Assembly (NCBI GenBank): GCA_965238215.1
Contig: OZ250180.1
Location: 25,648-89,647, forward strand
DNA from: Dehalococcoidia bacterium
GTDB lineage: Bacteria > Chloroflexota > Dehalococcoidia > Lucifugimonadales > GCA-2712585
Length of the DNA stretch: 64,000 bases
Reading direction: 5' to 3'
Shown: in pieces, positions 9,741 through 18,496 of the stretch
Numbering within the stretch: the first letter of the stretch is position 1
Layout of the letters: each line of letters starts with the position of its first letter
Position numbers and translations under genes: made by a program
The notes under the pieces: generated by a model
Seen by the model: only the letters and a program-made list of their open reading frames with translations
The model's database searches: none
Told to the model about the DNA's origin: nothing

Positions 9741-10540
9741 TTAGATCCTCCCCAACATTCCTGAACTTCGCACCATGCTCTCCACTTTCTTGAACATCCA
9801 CAGGGTCGCCAACAACCAGATAATGGACAGAGCACCGGTCATGGCCCAGTCGAAGAGTACCTCGGATGTGAATCCGGCGCCCCTACTGGCCAGCGCTGCG
9901 GCGTGCATACCCCAAGAGGTGGGGAATACCCATGCGATGGGATCCAGATAGACTGGAAGTACGTCAATGGGATAGAGAAACCCGCTGAATACTACCCCGA
10001 AGGGCGCCACCGCGTTGACGTAGCCCCTGCCACCGCCGCTGAGTACGTAGAGAGGGGAGAAGAAGAAGCTGACGATGATCAGTGCGATAGAGACCAACAG
10101 AATAGATAAAGCAAATACTGGCAGACTTGAAATCTGGGGGAGACCGTCGGCCACGATGGTTAATACAAAGAAAGAGATGGGCGTTGAGATCGCAGCGACT
10201 GCAACTATGTACGAGGACCCTTCCCAGGACAATTACCGCTAAGGGGGTCGGGGCAAGCAGCATCGTATCGACGGTCTGGTTCAAGAACTCAGCCTGAAGG
10301 GTATGTCCTGCCCGAAAGCTTGTCAGGTGCCAGATAGTGAAGAATATGGCGCCAAAGGTCACGAACGCCAGAACTGCCGGGTCTGGGTTCTTGCCCACTA
10401 TCCAACCCATGATTGCCATGTAGGGCACAAAGATGAGGAATATGGAAAGACTTCCCCAGTCCGGGAGAAGCTGCTTCCACTGCAGGATGAAGGATGCTAT
10501 CAGGGCCCGGTGGTATCCGATGATTCTCTCCCCGTTTCAC
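9741..10540 (-). pseudogene. ABC-2 type transporter permease, interrupted by two frameshifts
   Basis: Three track ORFs (10289..10540, 9964..10428, 9741..10232) tile one permease. MKRGE... then IIGYHRALIASFILQWKQ...TMLLAPTPLAVIVLG then SSYIVAVAAISTPISF... The shifts fall at the C4 run 10530-10533 and near 10218-10220. Confidence 0.65.
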
Positions 10541-10706
10541 AACTTGAAAGGGCGATGGGGGTAGAAGAAGATTCTCTCAAAACTCCGATCTATTTCCAAC
10601 CTCTTTTATTCCCCTTGGCCTGATCTGGTTGGATCTCTTCATTCTATGACTACTTCGCATTTCCGTCTCATATTCCTGGTACGACGGTCTGGCCGATGGG
10701 CAACTT

Positions 10707-11408
10707 ATGTCCCTCGAAATGCTCTACAATTGGGCTGTTGATATGAGCAGCCCCGTTGATTTAGTAATCTTCGACTGTGACGGCGTCCTTGCCGACACGG
10801 AGACCCTGGACAACCAGGTAGTTTCTGCCCTCCTTGATGAGGCCGGCCATACTATTTCACTGGAAGAAGTCGCTGCAAGGGCCAGCGGACTCACCGATGA
10901 CGCCATTTGGACTCTGGTCGAGAAGGAGTTGGGACACCCTCTCCCCGAGGGCATCAAGGACCGCCGGAAATCGATGCTGCTGGAGACCTTTAGGCAAAGT
11001 CTAACGCCGACGCCGGGGTTACAGGAGGCCGTACGCCATTTATCCGTAAAGAATGTCACTCTATGCGTAGCGTCAAATGGAACTCTCGAGAAAGTCGGCG
11101 CAATTCTGGACATCATCTGTCTAGCTGATGAATTTGGAGAAAGAATCTTCAGCGCGGATATAGTCTCTCGAGCAAAGCCCTTCCCTGATCTGTTCCTGTA
11201 TGCGGCGAAACAGCTAAGAACGGCTCCTTCCCGGTGCGTCGTAGTTGAGGATAGCCGGGTGGGAGTGCAAGCCGGCCTCGCAGCGGGTATGCGCGTGCTG
11301 GGCTTCTGTCCCGACGGAGACGTGCAGGACCTGAAAGACTTTGGCATTGAGACCTTTCGTCACATGGACGCTCTCCTTAGTCTCTTGGGACTTGATGGGC
11401 CACGTTGA
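10707..11408 (+). CDS. HAD-superfamily hydrolase (beta-phosphoglucomutase-like subfamily)
   Basis: Motif I DLVIFDCDGVLADTE, ASNG (motif II region), VVVEDSRVGVQAG (motif IV). Met13 (10743) is an alternative start. The TGA stop overlaps the TTG start of the next gene (TTGA at 11405-11408). Confidence 0.85.
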   Translation: MSLEMLYNWAVDMSSPVDLVIFDCDGVLADTETLDNQVVSALLDEAGHTISLEEVAARASGLTDDAIWTLVEKELGHPLPEGIKDRRKSMLLETFRQSLTPTPGLQEAVRHLSVKNVTLCVASNGTLEKVGAILDIICLADEFGERIFSADIVSRAKPFPDLFLYAAKQLRTAPSRCVVVEDSRVGVQAGLAAGMRVLGFCPDGDVQDLKDFGIETFRHMDALLSLLGLDGPR

Positions 11409-12286
11409 TAGGGTCGAAAGAGAGTTTCATTCCGGTTTCAGGTGGCCGAGTGTACTGCCGCCAGGTTGGTGGCCCCTGTGAGCCTCCTCTGTTGGTCGTT
11501 CATGGCGGCCCCGGTATTCCCCACCAACAGCTTCAGCCTCTGGAGCATCTCAGCGTCGACAGGCCAGTGATCTTTTATGACCAGCTGGGTTGTGGAAAAT
11601 CGGACCGACCGGATGATGCCCACTTGTGGCAGATGGACCGGTTTGTTGACGAGCTCGACGAGGTGAGAGACAACCTTGCACCGGGCGCGGTCCACATCTT
11701 GGGATACTCGTGGGGAAGTATGGTCGCCGTAGACTACGCTCTTCGGAAGCCGGCGGACATCAGAAGCCTGGTGTTGGAAAGTCCCATCCTGAGCGTTGCA
11801 AGGTGGACGAAGGATCAAGAGAGACTCAGAGATTGTTTGCCCAAAGAGGTCCGATCGATCCTGGACCGTTACGAAAAGGGTGAGACCGGTCTGCGTCTTG
11901 AGTACAAGACTGCACTAACGGAATTCAGGAAACGGCACATGTTCCGCAACCTGAAGCCGTGGCCTGCAGTAATGAGCGAGGCTATAGGGGAAAGGAACAG
12001 GGAGGTCTCTAAAATCATGTGGGGCGACCAGCCCTTCAGAGTTTCAGGGAATCTTGGAGACTACGAGGGGACAGCCCGGTTGGGAGAGATAGAGGTTACA
12101 ACTCTCCTGACGTGCGGTCAGTACGACACCAGCATTCCAGAGACTGTCAGATGGTATGGCAGCTTGTTCCAGAAGGCAGAGACTGTCGTCTTCGAAAACA
12201 GTTCTCACTGGGCGCATTTTGAAGAGAGGCGGGCATTTCTGGCGACAGTCCAGAGGTTCCTACGTGCGGTCGATAGGGGTTGTTGA
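11405..12286 (+). CDS. Alpha/beta hydrolase, proline iminopeptidase family
   Basis: HGGPG oxyanion region (LLVVHGGPGIPH), nucleophile elbow GYSWGS, late His in SSHWAHFEE. Length 293 aa. Tandem stop TGATGA. Confidence 0.85.
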   Translation: MIGSKESFIPVSGGRVYCRQVGGPCEPPLLVVHGGPGIPHQQLQPLEHLSVDRPVIFYDQLGCGKSDRPDDAHLWQMDRFVDELDEVRDNLAPGAVHILGYSWGSMVAVDYALRKPADIRSLVLESPILSVARWTKDQERLRDCLPKEVRSILDRYEKGETGLRLEYKTALTEFRKRHMFRNLKPWPAVMSEAIGERNREVSKIMWGDQPFRVSGNLGDYEGTARLGEIEVTTLLTCGQYDTSIPETVRWYGSLFQKAETVVFENSSHWAHFEERRAFLATVQRFLRAVDRGC

Positions 12287-12335
12287 TGAGAGACAGCAAT
12301 CGTGGAGGCACTTATCCACGCCAGGGTAGAAGTAC

Positions 12336-13037
12336 GTGCTATATCCGGAGGATTGGCGGTGCACTATGACCGCAGTTGATGGCTTGATATTTGACCCGGA
12401 TGGCACTCTCCTTGATGGGAACGCAGTCTTCGTCAAGGTTGCCGGGAACTTCTATGACGAGCATCTTGATAACCTGACAACAATGACACGAGGCGAGGCG
12501 GAGGACATGATGGTCCGATGGGACGGCGACGGCTATTCCAACCGTGAGTGGATGCGGTCACAGTGGCTTAGCCAGTGGCCCAAGACGGGTTTGGATACGG
12601 AATCCCTGCGAGTATGGTACCGGTCGGCCATGGAGAGACACATTGAACAGGACGTGGAAATCATAGACTTTCTAACCGGACTCAATCACCAAGAGATCCC
12701 CTGGGGCATAGTGACCAACGGAGCCGCAAGCCAGCGGGGCAAGTGCAGAGCGGCGGGACTGGAGCAAATTGCACCCTTCACCATAGTCTCGGGGGAAGTT
12801 GGCTATGCGAAGCCGGACCAGAGGATATTTCGCGACGCTTTTACGGCCGCGGGTCTTGAGGGTCCTGAGAAAGTGTTATTCGTAGGGGACAATCCGGTGG
12901 CAGACATAGACGGGGCGAAACGCTTCGGAATGATGACCGCCTGGATAAGAAGGGGTCGGTCGTATCCGTCGGACCTGCCGCCGCCGGATTACACCATCGA
13001 CTATGTGCTGGAAGTGCGGAACATCGCAGGAGTCTAG
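12336..13037 (+). CDS. HAD-superfamily hydrolase
   Basis: LIFDPDGTLLD (motif I), IVTNGA (motif II), FVGDNPVADIDGAKRFGM (motif IV). The likely true start is Met11 at 12366. Confidence 0.8.
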   Translation: MLYPEDWRCTMTAVDGLIFDPDGTLLDGNAVFVKVAGNFYDEHLDNLTTMTRGEAEDMMVRWDGDGYSNREWMRSQWLSQWPKTGLDTESLRVWYRSAMERHIEQDVEIIDFLTGLNHQEIPWGIVTNGAASQRGKCRAAGLEQIAPFTIVSGEVGYAKPDQRIFRDAFTAAGLEGPEKVLFVGDNPVADIDGAKRFGMMTAWIRRGRSYPSDLPPPDYTIDYVLEVRNIAGV

Positions 13038-13452
13038 TCTGATGCCGGCCTGTGGGTTCTCGTCTGCTTGGTGTTCATGGAGTTGAGTAGCCAGGGTTTC
13101 CAACCTAGAGTACACATCGACTAGGGTGACCAAGGTCAGATTATGCACTGGCGAAGACGCCGCAATTGTCTCGCCTCCTCCTCCTTCTTGACTGCTACCG
13201 CTGCCCTTAGTCTTGGAGCAAGACGCTCACTTAGCCACCTGTCTAGTTTTCCGGGCCACCTCAGGCTGAACGGCTCATCTCAAGTTGTTCAGAGGTTTCT
13301 AGCGTTACAAGGGAATAAAGAACCCGACGCAGTGAGTTAGACGCTGCCTTGGGCTGGATGGTGCAGGCCGCCCAAGTGGTGTGGCGAAATGGGTCAGCCA
13401 CGAGGGTGTGGTAGAGGGTAGTTAGCCGTGATGATTGCGGTTCTGTGGGGCT

Positions 13453-13980
13453 CTAAGGGTTAATGGTGTAGTTGGCAGTTACGGATTGGCCCTGGGCTCT
13501 AAAGCTGTTGATGAAGCTGAAGGTGTGTTCACCGGAAACCTGCGCGGTGATGGAGGCTTGGTTTTGGGAAAGCTGTTCAGCTTGGAAGATGACATTTCCG
13601 CTGGGGTCAGTGGCCGCGAATTGGACGCCGCTTGCTATTCCGCCAACGTTACCGCCAGACTCAGAGCGGCCCTGGATTCGGGATTCGACGGTGTAGTCCA
13701 GTTCAACTACATCACCGGCAGTGAGGGAGAGGGTGAAGCCGTTGTCGCTACTGGCACGAATGAAGAGTTCCTCCGTGCCACTGGTGGGTTGAGAGGGGCT
13801 GGGAATTGATGTTGATTGTGCGGGGGTTTGGGTAGGCTCAGGGGCGGCCTCTTGTGTTTCTCCATTGTCGCCGCCGCCACAGGCTTGGGCTGCCAAGGAC
13901 AGAGCTATCAGCAAGAGCAGGGCAGGCAGGGTTTTGGGTAGAAAGCGGGTTCCTGTTGAAATTGTCCAGTAGAGTGTCAT
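13453..13980 (-). CDS. Secreted lipoprotein of unknown function (beta-rich C-terminal domain)
   Basis: Signal peptide with lipobox LAAQACGG, an acidic/Pro-rich linker, then about 110 aa with an alternating beta-strand pattern (TLSLTAGDVVELDYTV...GEHTFSFINSF...VTANYTI). Confidence 0.6.
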   Translation of the reverse strand: MTLYWTISTGTRFLPKTLPALLLLIALSLAAQACGGGDNGETQEAAPEPTQTPAQSTSIPSPSQPTSGTEELFIRASSDNGFTLSLTAGDVVELDYTVESRIQGRSESGGNVGGIASGVQFAATDPSGNVIFQAEQLSQNQASITAQVSGEHTFSFINSFRAQGQSVTANYTINP

Positions 13981-14163
13981 GAAATGCCCTCCTCAGGCAT
14001 CTTTGGCCAGAGGGTAGGTGGAATATAAGGGGTGGCAAGAATGGTTGTCAACCGCGCCGGTGAGGGCGGGGTGGCCTTTAGATTATATTTAGAAAAACAA
14101 TGGATAGAGCCATAAGTAAACGCGGTGGGGTGGAGATAGTCGAGTAGGCGTAATGCAGTCTTG

Positions 14164-14331
14164 AAAACGAGTGGGTTTTAGGGGGACTCGTTTTAAGAAT
14201 GCCAGGCGTGGGAGGGACTCGATCTATAAATCGAGTATGGGGTAATAGGGGTGCCTTTTTGGGTGTATCAGGCGTGGATCTAATTTGCATTTTGGGGATG
14301 ACTCGTTTTATTTTTCTGGGAGATACGAGTC
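14164..14331. repeat. Three short hairpins sharing an ACTCG core in an ORF-free spacer
   Basis: Perfect inverted repeats: AAAACGAGT/ACTCGTTTT (14164-14172 / 14186-14194), ACTCGAT/ATCGAGT (14217-14223 / 14230-14236), GACTCGT/ACGAGTC (14300-14306 / 14325-14331). Each ACTCG arm has a G-run 0-3 nt upstream, and CAGGCGTGG occurs twice between them. Confidence 0.6.
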
Positions 14332-14699
14332 GGGGGTTGAGAAGGAGTCCGGCGGCTTTTCATGTAGGTAGGTTAACAGGGTAGAGGGATTTACGGCAAT
14401 TGGAGGATGTCAGCGTCCGAAGCTGGAATAGTGTACGGATAGGCGTTTGGCGAAATGTCCCTACGGGGAACTTTAGAAAGGCCTTGATGAGGCAAGGGTG
14501 TCAGAAGCCTTCCTGAATGCTTATGGAAGATAGACGCACGGATTGGTGTCGGCACTTTTGGGCGAAGGACGGGTGGAGCGGATGTAATTCCACACGTACG
14601 TGATCTTGTGGATTCAAGCTTCACACCTGGTTGGCTATCCAAAACGGGACGTATACGCACTACTTTTCGTGGGTCGTTGGGTTAGGCGGAAAAGTAATA

Positions 14700-14729
14700 G
14701 CAGCGGCGCCCATATATGGGCGCCGCTGC
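14700..14729 (-). terminator. Stem-loop terminator candidate downstream of the binding-protein gene
   Basis: A 13-bp perfect stem GCAGCGGCGCCCA / TGGGCGCCGCTGC with a TATA loop, 30 nt past the stop at 14760. It is followed on the minus strand by CTATTACTTTTCC. Confidence 0.65.
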
Positions 14730-14759
14730 CAAGAGAATGCGGATTCTGCTATGCAGTAT

Positions 14760-16547
14760 CTATTGCATTACTGCCTTTGTGTACTCGTGGTAGCGGACGG
14801 GGCCGAAGTGCAGCATGCTGATTTCATAGTCCACCACAACGTTGGGGTTGAATCCCACCTCGGCAAAGAGCCATATGAGGGGCACAGTGAGGTGTTCGTT
14901 GTGGAAGTAGTCACCCAGACGCTGGGATTCTGCAAACCTGGTGTCCGGGTCTAGGGTCTGGTCGTAGGCTTCTTTCCACTCGGTAATGAACTCATGCTCC
15001 ATGAAGGCCCTGGTTGCCTTCCGCCAGAGGAAGCTCATGGAGAGAGAGACGGGGTCAATGGAGTAGCGGACCAGATTGACGCTGCCTGTCCAGTCGTGAG
15101 CGGTCTGCAGGGACCGTACTACGTCGGACTGGGCGACTTGGAGGTCCACGTTAACGCCTATCTCTCCCCACATGGCGGCCATGGCTTCGGCAACGTCCGG
15201 GATTTCAGGAACGCCGCCGAGGTTGGGAGAGGCGTAGAAGGTTAGGTCGAAGCCTTCTGGGTAGCCCGCCTCAGCGAGGAGATCGCGGCCCATCTGTGGG
15301 TCATAGGGGTAGGGCCAGCCGCCGCCTGCGCAGCCGGTGCCGCCATCGGGGCCGGGGTTGGGCGCCCATTCGTCCTTACAGTCCGCTCGCCAGGGCGGGA
15401 AGAACTCCACGGGGTCGGGGATGCCGCTGCCCTTGAAGAACTTGTTGTTGATCAGGTTGCGGTCGATGGCCACGTTGAGGGCTTGGCGCACCTTGGGGTC
15501 GCGAATCGGGTCGTTTTCGTCGAAGTTAGGAGTCGGATCGCCGGTCTTGAAAATGGTCGGCTGGTAGTAGGGGATGCGAATCCAGACGTGGAAGCTGGGG
15601 AGCGTTGACTTCTGGATCTTCATGCCGCCTTCGATGATTTCGTCCTGAAGGTCTCTGGGAATCTCGGCGATGTGGGCCTCACCGGCGATTAGCTGGGCGA
15701 CCCGGGTGGCGGACTCAGGTGTCCAGAGGAACTTGAGCTCGTCGAACTCGGGAGTCTTGCGCCAGTGGGGCTTGTTGGCCTTGTAGATGATATGCTGGTT
15801 AACCGATTTTTCGACGAAGCTGAAGGCGCCGGTGCCCATGGGGGCCTGCTTGTAAGCGTCTAAGCCGCCGATATCGTTGAAGTATTCCAGGTCTTGGACG
15901 CCGAAGGTCCATTCCTCCGAAAGACGGAAGGGAAGTTCCAGCTCGATCAACTTGTGGTGGAGCTGGATCTCGTGGTCGTTGACGATGGTCCAGCCCTCTT
16001 CGACGGAGTCCATCATTGGCGTCCAGTCGCCGGCAGGGTTGGACTCTCCCTTCTTGCCGGCCATGACTTCCCAGGTGTGCACCACGTCCTCGGCGCTGAA
16101 GGTATACTTTTCGGAGGCTTGGCCGTCCTGGTAGAAGGAGATGTTGGGCCTGAGCTTGAAGGTCCAGTTCTTGCCGGTCTCGTCCACTTTCCAGTCGGTG
16201 CCCAGGTGGGTGGGTTCTTCTACGCCTGTAACAGGGTCGAGTCCGACCATGTAATCGTGCAGGTTGTGTAGGTGACCGCCCGCGCTCTGGAAGGTCTCGC
16301 AGTGGCATGTGACCTGACCGGCGGGAGCTGGCATGGTTATTAGCAGTCGGGGAGCCACGGGTCTGGGCGCCGCCGCTGCGGGCGCCATAGTGGGCGCGGC
16401 GGTGGCTGCCGGCGCTGTTGTTGCCGCAGGAGCCGCTTCATCGTCGCCGTCGTCGCCGCAGGCGAAGATAAACAGGGTGAGGAGAACCAGCGCTCCAAGG
16501 AAGGCGAATTGCTTCGCCACTGTCCATAAGAGTTTGCTATTCATCAT
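14760..16547 (-). CDS. ABC transporter substrate-binding lipoprotein, family 5 (peptide/nickel, DppA/OppA-like)
   Basis: Start at the ATGATG at 16547, 6 nt after AAGGAGG. Signal peptide MMNSKLLWTVAKQFAFLGALVLLTLFIFACGDD (lipobox FACG). The length of about 595 aa and overall sequence are typical of family-5 SBPs. Confidence 0.9.
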   Translation of the reverse strand: MMNSKLLWTVAKQFAFLGALVLLTLFIFACGDDGDDEAAPAATTAPAATAAPTMAPAAAAPRPVAPRLLITMPAPAGQVTCHCETFQSAGGHLHNLHDYMVGLDPVTGVEEPTHLGTDWKVDETGKNWTFKLRPNISFYQDGQASEKYTFSAEDVVHTWEVMAGKKGESNPAGDWTPMMDSVEEGWTIVNDHEIQLHHKLIELELPFRLSEEWTFGVQDLEYFNDIGGLDAYKQAPMGTGAFSFVEKSVNQHIIYKANKPHWRKTPEFDELKFLWTPESATRVAQLIAGEAHIAEIPRDLQDEIIEGGMKIQKSTLPSFHVWIRIPYYQPTIFKTGDPTPNFDENDPIRDPKVRQALNVAIDRNLINNKFFKGSGIPDPVEFFPPWRADCKDEWAPNPGPDGGTGCAGGGWPYPYDPQMGRDLLAEAGYPEGFDLTFYASPNLGGVPEIPDVAEAMAAMWGEIGVNVDLQVAQSDVVRSLQTAHDWTGSVNLVRYSIDPVSLSMSFLWRKATRAFMEHEFITEWKEAYDQTLDPDTRFAESQRLGDYFHNEHLTVPLIWLFAEVGFNPNVVVDYEISMLHFGPVRYHEYTKAVMQ

Positions 16548-16710
16548 ACGTAGCCTCCTTAGGGAAATTTGTCGGGAAGGTGCGTGCATCCTCCCGAGGA
16601 ATAGCGCAATACTAGTTTTGACCTGAGTCTTTGTCAACTTTCGCGTTAGAAGGCGGCTGTGGGAGATCATTCTGGCTGGGAGCATCGTCTTGGGTGGAGG
16701 TTAGGACGGC

Positions 16711-16757
16711 GAGCGGCTAGATACGTCCGATACTGGGGTGAGCGGCTAGATACGTCC
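16711..16757. promoter_or_regulatory. Perfect 18-bp direct repeat in the binding-protein upstream region
   Basis: GAGCGGCTAGATACGTCC occurs at 16711-16728 and again at 16740-16757 (29-bp period), 165-210 nt upstream of the start at 16547. Confidence 0.4.
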
Positions 16758-16863
16758 ACCAGGACAACTCTGTAGTCCTGCACAAGGGTGCATGGACGTG
16801 ACTTTTCTTCCCGGAATGGCGAGCCGGGCGCTACAACCCACCACTGGGGGGCGTAGACTTGCC

Positions 16864-18108
16864 CTAGACTATCTGTTGTCCTGCTCGCATGACCATTCTC
16901 ATGGAGCGGAGGGCCCGGATGTCCTGGAGCGGGTCCTGGTCAACAACTATCAGGTCGGCCTCCTTGCCAGGCTCCACGGTACCAATGAGTTGCCCTGCGT
17001 CGATGGCTTGGGCCGCCACGCTGCTGGAAGCCATAATTATATCCATGTTGCTCATGCCTGCTTGGGCCATGAGCTCCAGACCCAGGCAGTAATCTCCGAG
17101 TATCTCGACGGCATCAGTGCCGGAGACAATGTTGATGTCAAAGTCGTTCCACATACGGCCCAAGAATTCCAGTTGACTCTCGCATTTGGCCTTTAGACCG
17201 TCCAAGCGGCCCTGCTCCTGGACGGTCAAGGGCCGTTCCAACTCCTTGGCCATCAGGGCCTCTCGCTGGCGGTATCCCGTCTGCACCGTGGGGCAGACAT
17301 ACACCCCCTCCTCGGAGATGCGCTCTGCGATTGCATTATCGAACTTGTAGGAACCATCAGGCTCTCTAAACCCGGCGTGTTCGATCATATCCAGCCCCGC
17401 GTCCAGCGCGTTAGTAAGGCTTTGCGTGGCCAAACAGTGGGCCGTGGTCAGCTTGCCAAAATTGTGGGCTTCGTCAACGATGGCCCGCAGCTCCTCCACG
17501 CTGTAAGACGGCTTACGGTTGTCCGTAATCGTCGTGGCTCCCCCGGAAGCCATGATCTTTATGTGGTCGGCGCCATCCTTGATGAGTTCTCGCACCGCGG
17601 CGCGTACCCCTTCCACCCCGTCGGCTTCCTGGTTGCACCAATGGAAGTGGCCGCCGGTAATGGTTACCGGACGTCCGCAGAGGTAGAGACGCGGCGTGGT
17701 GGCGTAACCTCTGCGGGCTCCCTCGCGCAGGTCAAAGGCGACCCGGTTCCGAGCGCCATTCTCTCTCACAGTTGTGACACCACTCTTCAGGTGGGTGAAG
17801 GCGTTCTGGGCCGCTCGCAGCAGCATGACCTGGTCCGAGTCGTTGTTCATCAATTCTTCATGGGAGGAGCCGTAGACCCCAAATGATAAGTGGATGTGAC
17901 TGTCTATCAGGCCAGGCAGAAGATATCCGTTGGGAAAGTCCAACGTCCGTACGTGAGGGCCCTCGGGAAGGGAGACTTGGCCCTGTCGCACGACAGCCTT
18001 GATGGTGGACCCTTCGATGACAACGGCAGCGTTCTCCAGAGGCTTGGCTCCGGTTCCGTCAATTGTAGCTTTGGTCTTGATCACAGTAACGGTTGGCGCA
18101 GGACTCAA
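16864..18108 (-). CDS. Metal-dependent amidohydrolase family protein
   Basis: GLIDSHIHL (HxH metal ligands), later HC..., and an EADLIVVD tail typical of the amidohydrolase_1 fold. TTG start after GAGGGGGGAG. Confidence 0.85.
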   Translation of the reverse strand: MSPAPTVTVIKTKATIDGTGAKPLENAAVVIEGSTIKAVVRQGQVSLPEGPHVRTLDFPNGYLLPGLIDSHIHLSFGVYGSSHEELMNNDSDQVMLLRAAQNAFTHLKSGVTTVRENGARNRVAFDLREGARRGYATTPRLYLCGRPVTITGGHFHWCNQEADGVEGVRAAVRELIKDGADHIKIMASGGATTITDNRKPSYSVEELRAIVDEAHNFGKLTTAHCLATQSLTNALDAGLDMIEHAGFREPDGSYKFDNAIAERISEEGVYVCPTVQTGYRQREALMAKELERPLTVQEQGRLDGLKAKCESQLEFLGRMWNDFDINIVSGTDAVEILGDYCLGLELMAQAGMSNMDIIMASSSVAAQAIDAGQLIGTVEPGKEADLIVVDQDPLQDIRALRSMRMVMRAGQQIV

Positions 18109-18496
18109 CTTGCTCCCCCCTCTTCTGGGCCTAATTGTGGCTCTCGTACGGTACTAGCCTAGAACTTCCCCCGCATGTGGAATGCTGCAATAGGCATGCC
18201 ATAGAGATGAGAGTTCCTTTTACGTTGTTGCGTAGGCTACTCCCACATTATTTATGAAGTCAACGCCGACGTGATTTCGGTGTTGCCACAATTGCAGAGG
18301 GAATGGGGCCGGTGTTACGATTGCGGAGTCGCCGAGAATAACACCACAATGATGACTAGAACTATGCTAACTGTGTCAACTGGAGGAGAATGCATTCCCG
18401 GATTCCCCAAAGGCGACGGTGGCGATTAAGTATGCCAAAAGTGCCGCTCCTGGCAATTGGCAAAATTCAATCACTAACCTATTGGACTAAGTTGTA

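Noticed and set aside
16548-16685. N-terminal extensions offered by the ORF track (SBP 16548-16685, VWA 43793-43915, TPP enzyme 55167-55283, MFS 40472-40855, CrcB 3336-3383)
   Set aside because: In each case an internal ATG is preceded at 5-9 nt by AGGAGG-type sequence and immediately begins the signal peptide or conserved domain. The upstream codons are low-complexity and carry no family signal.
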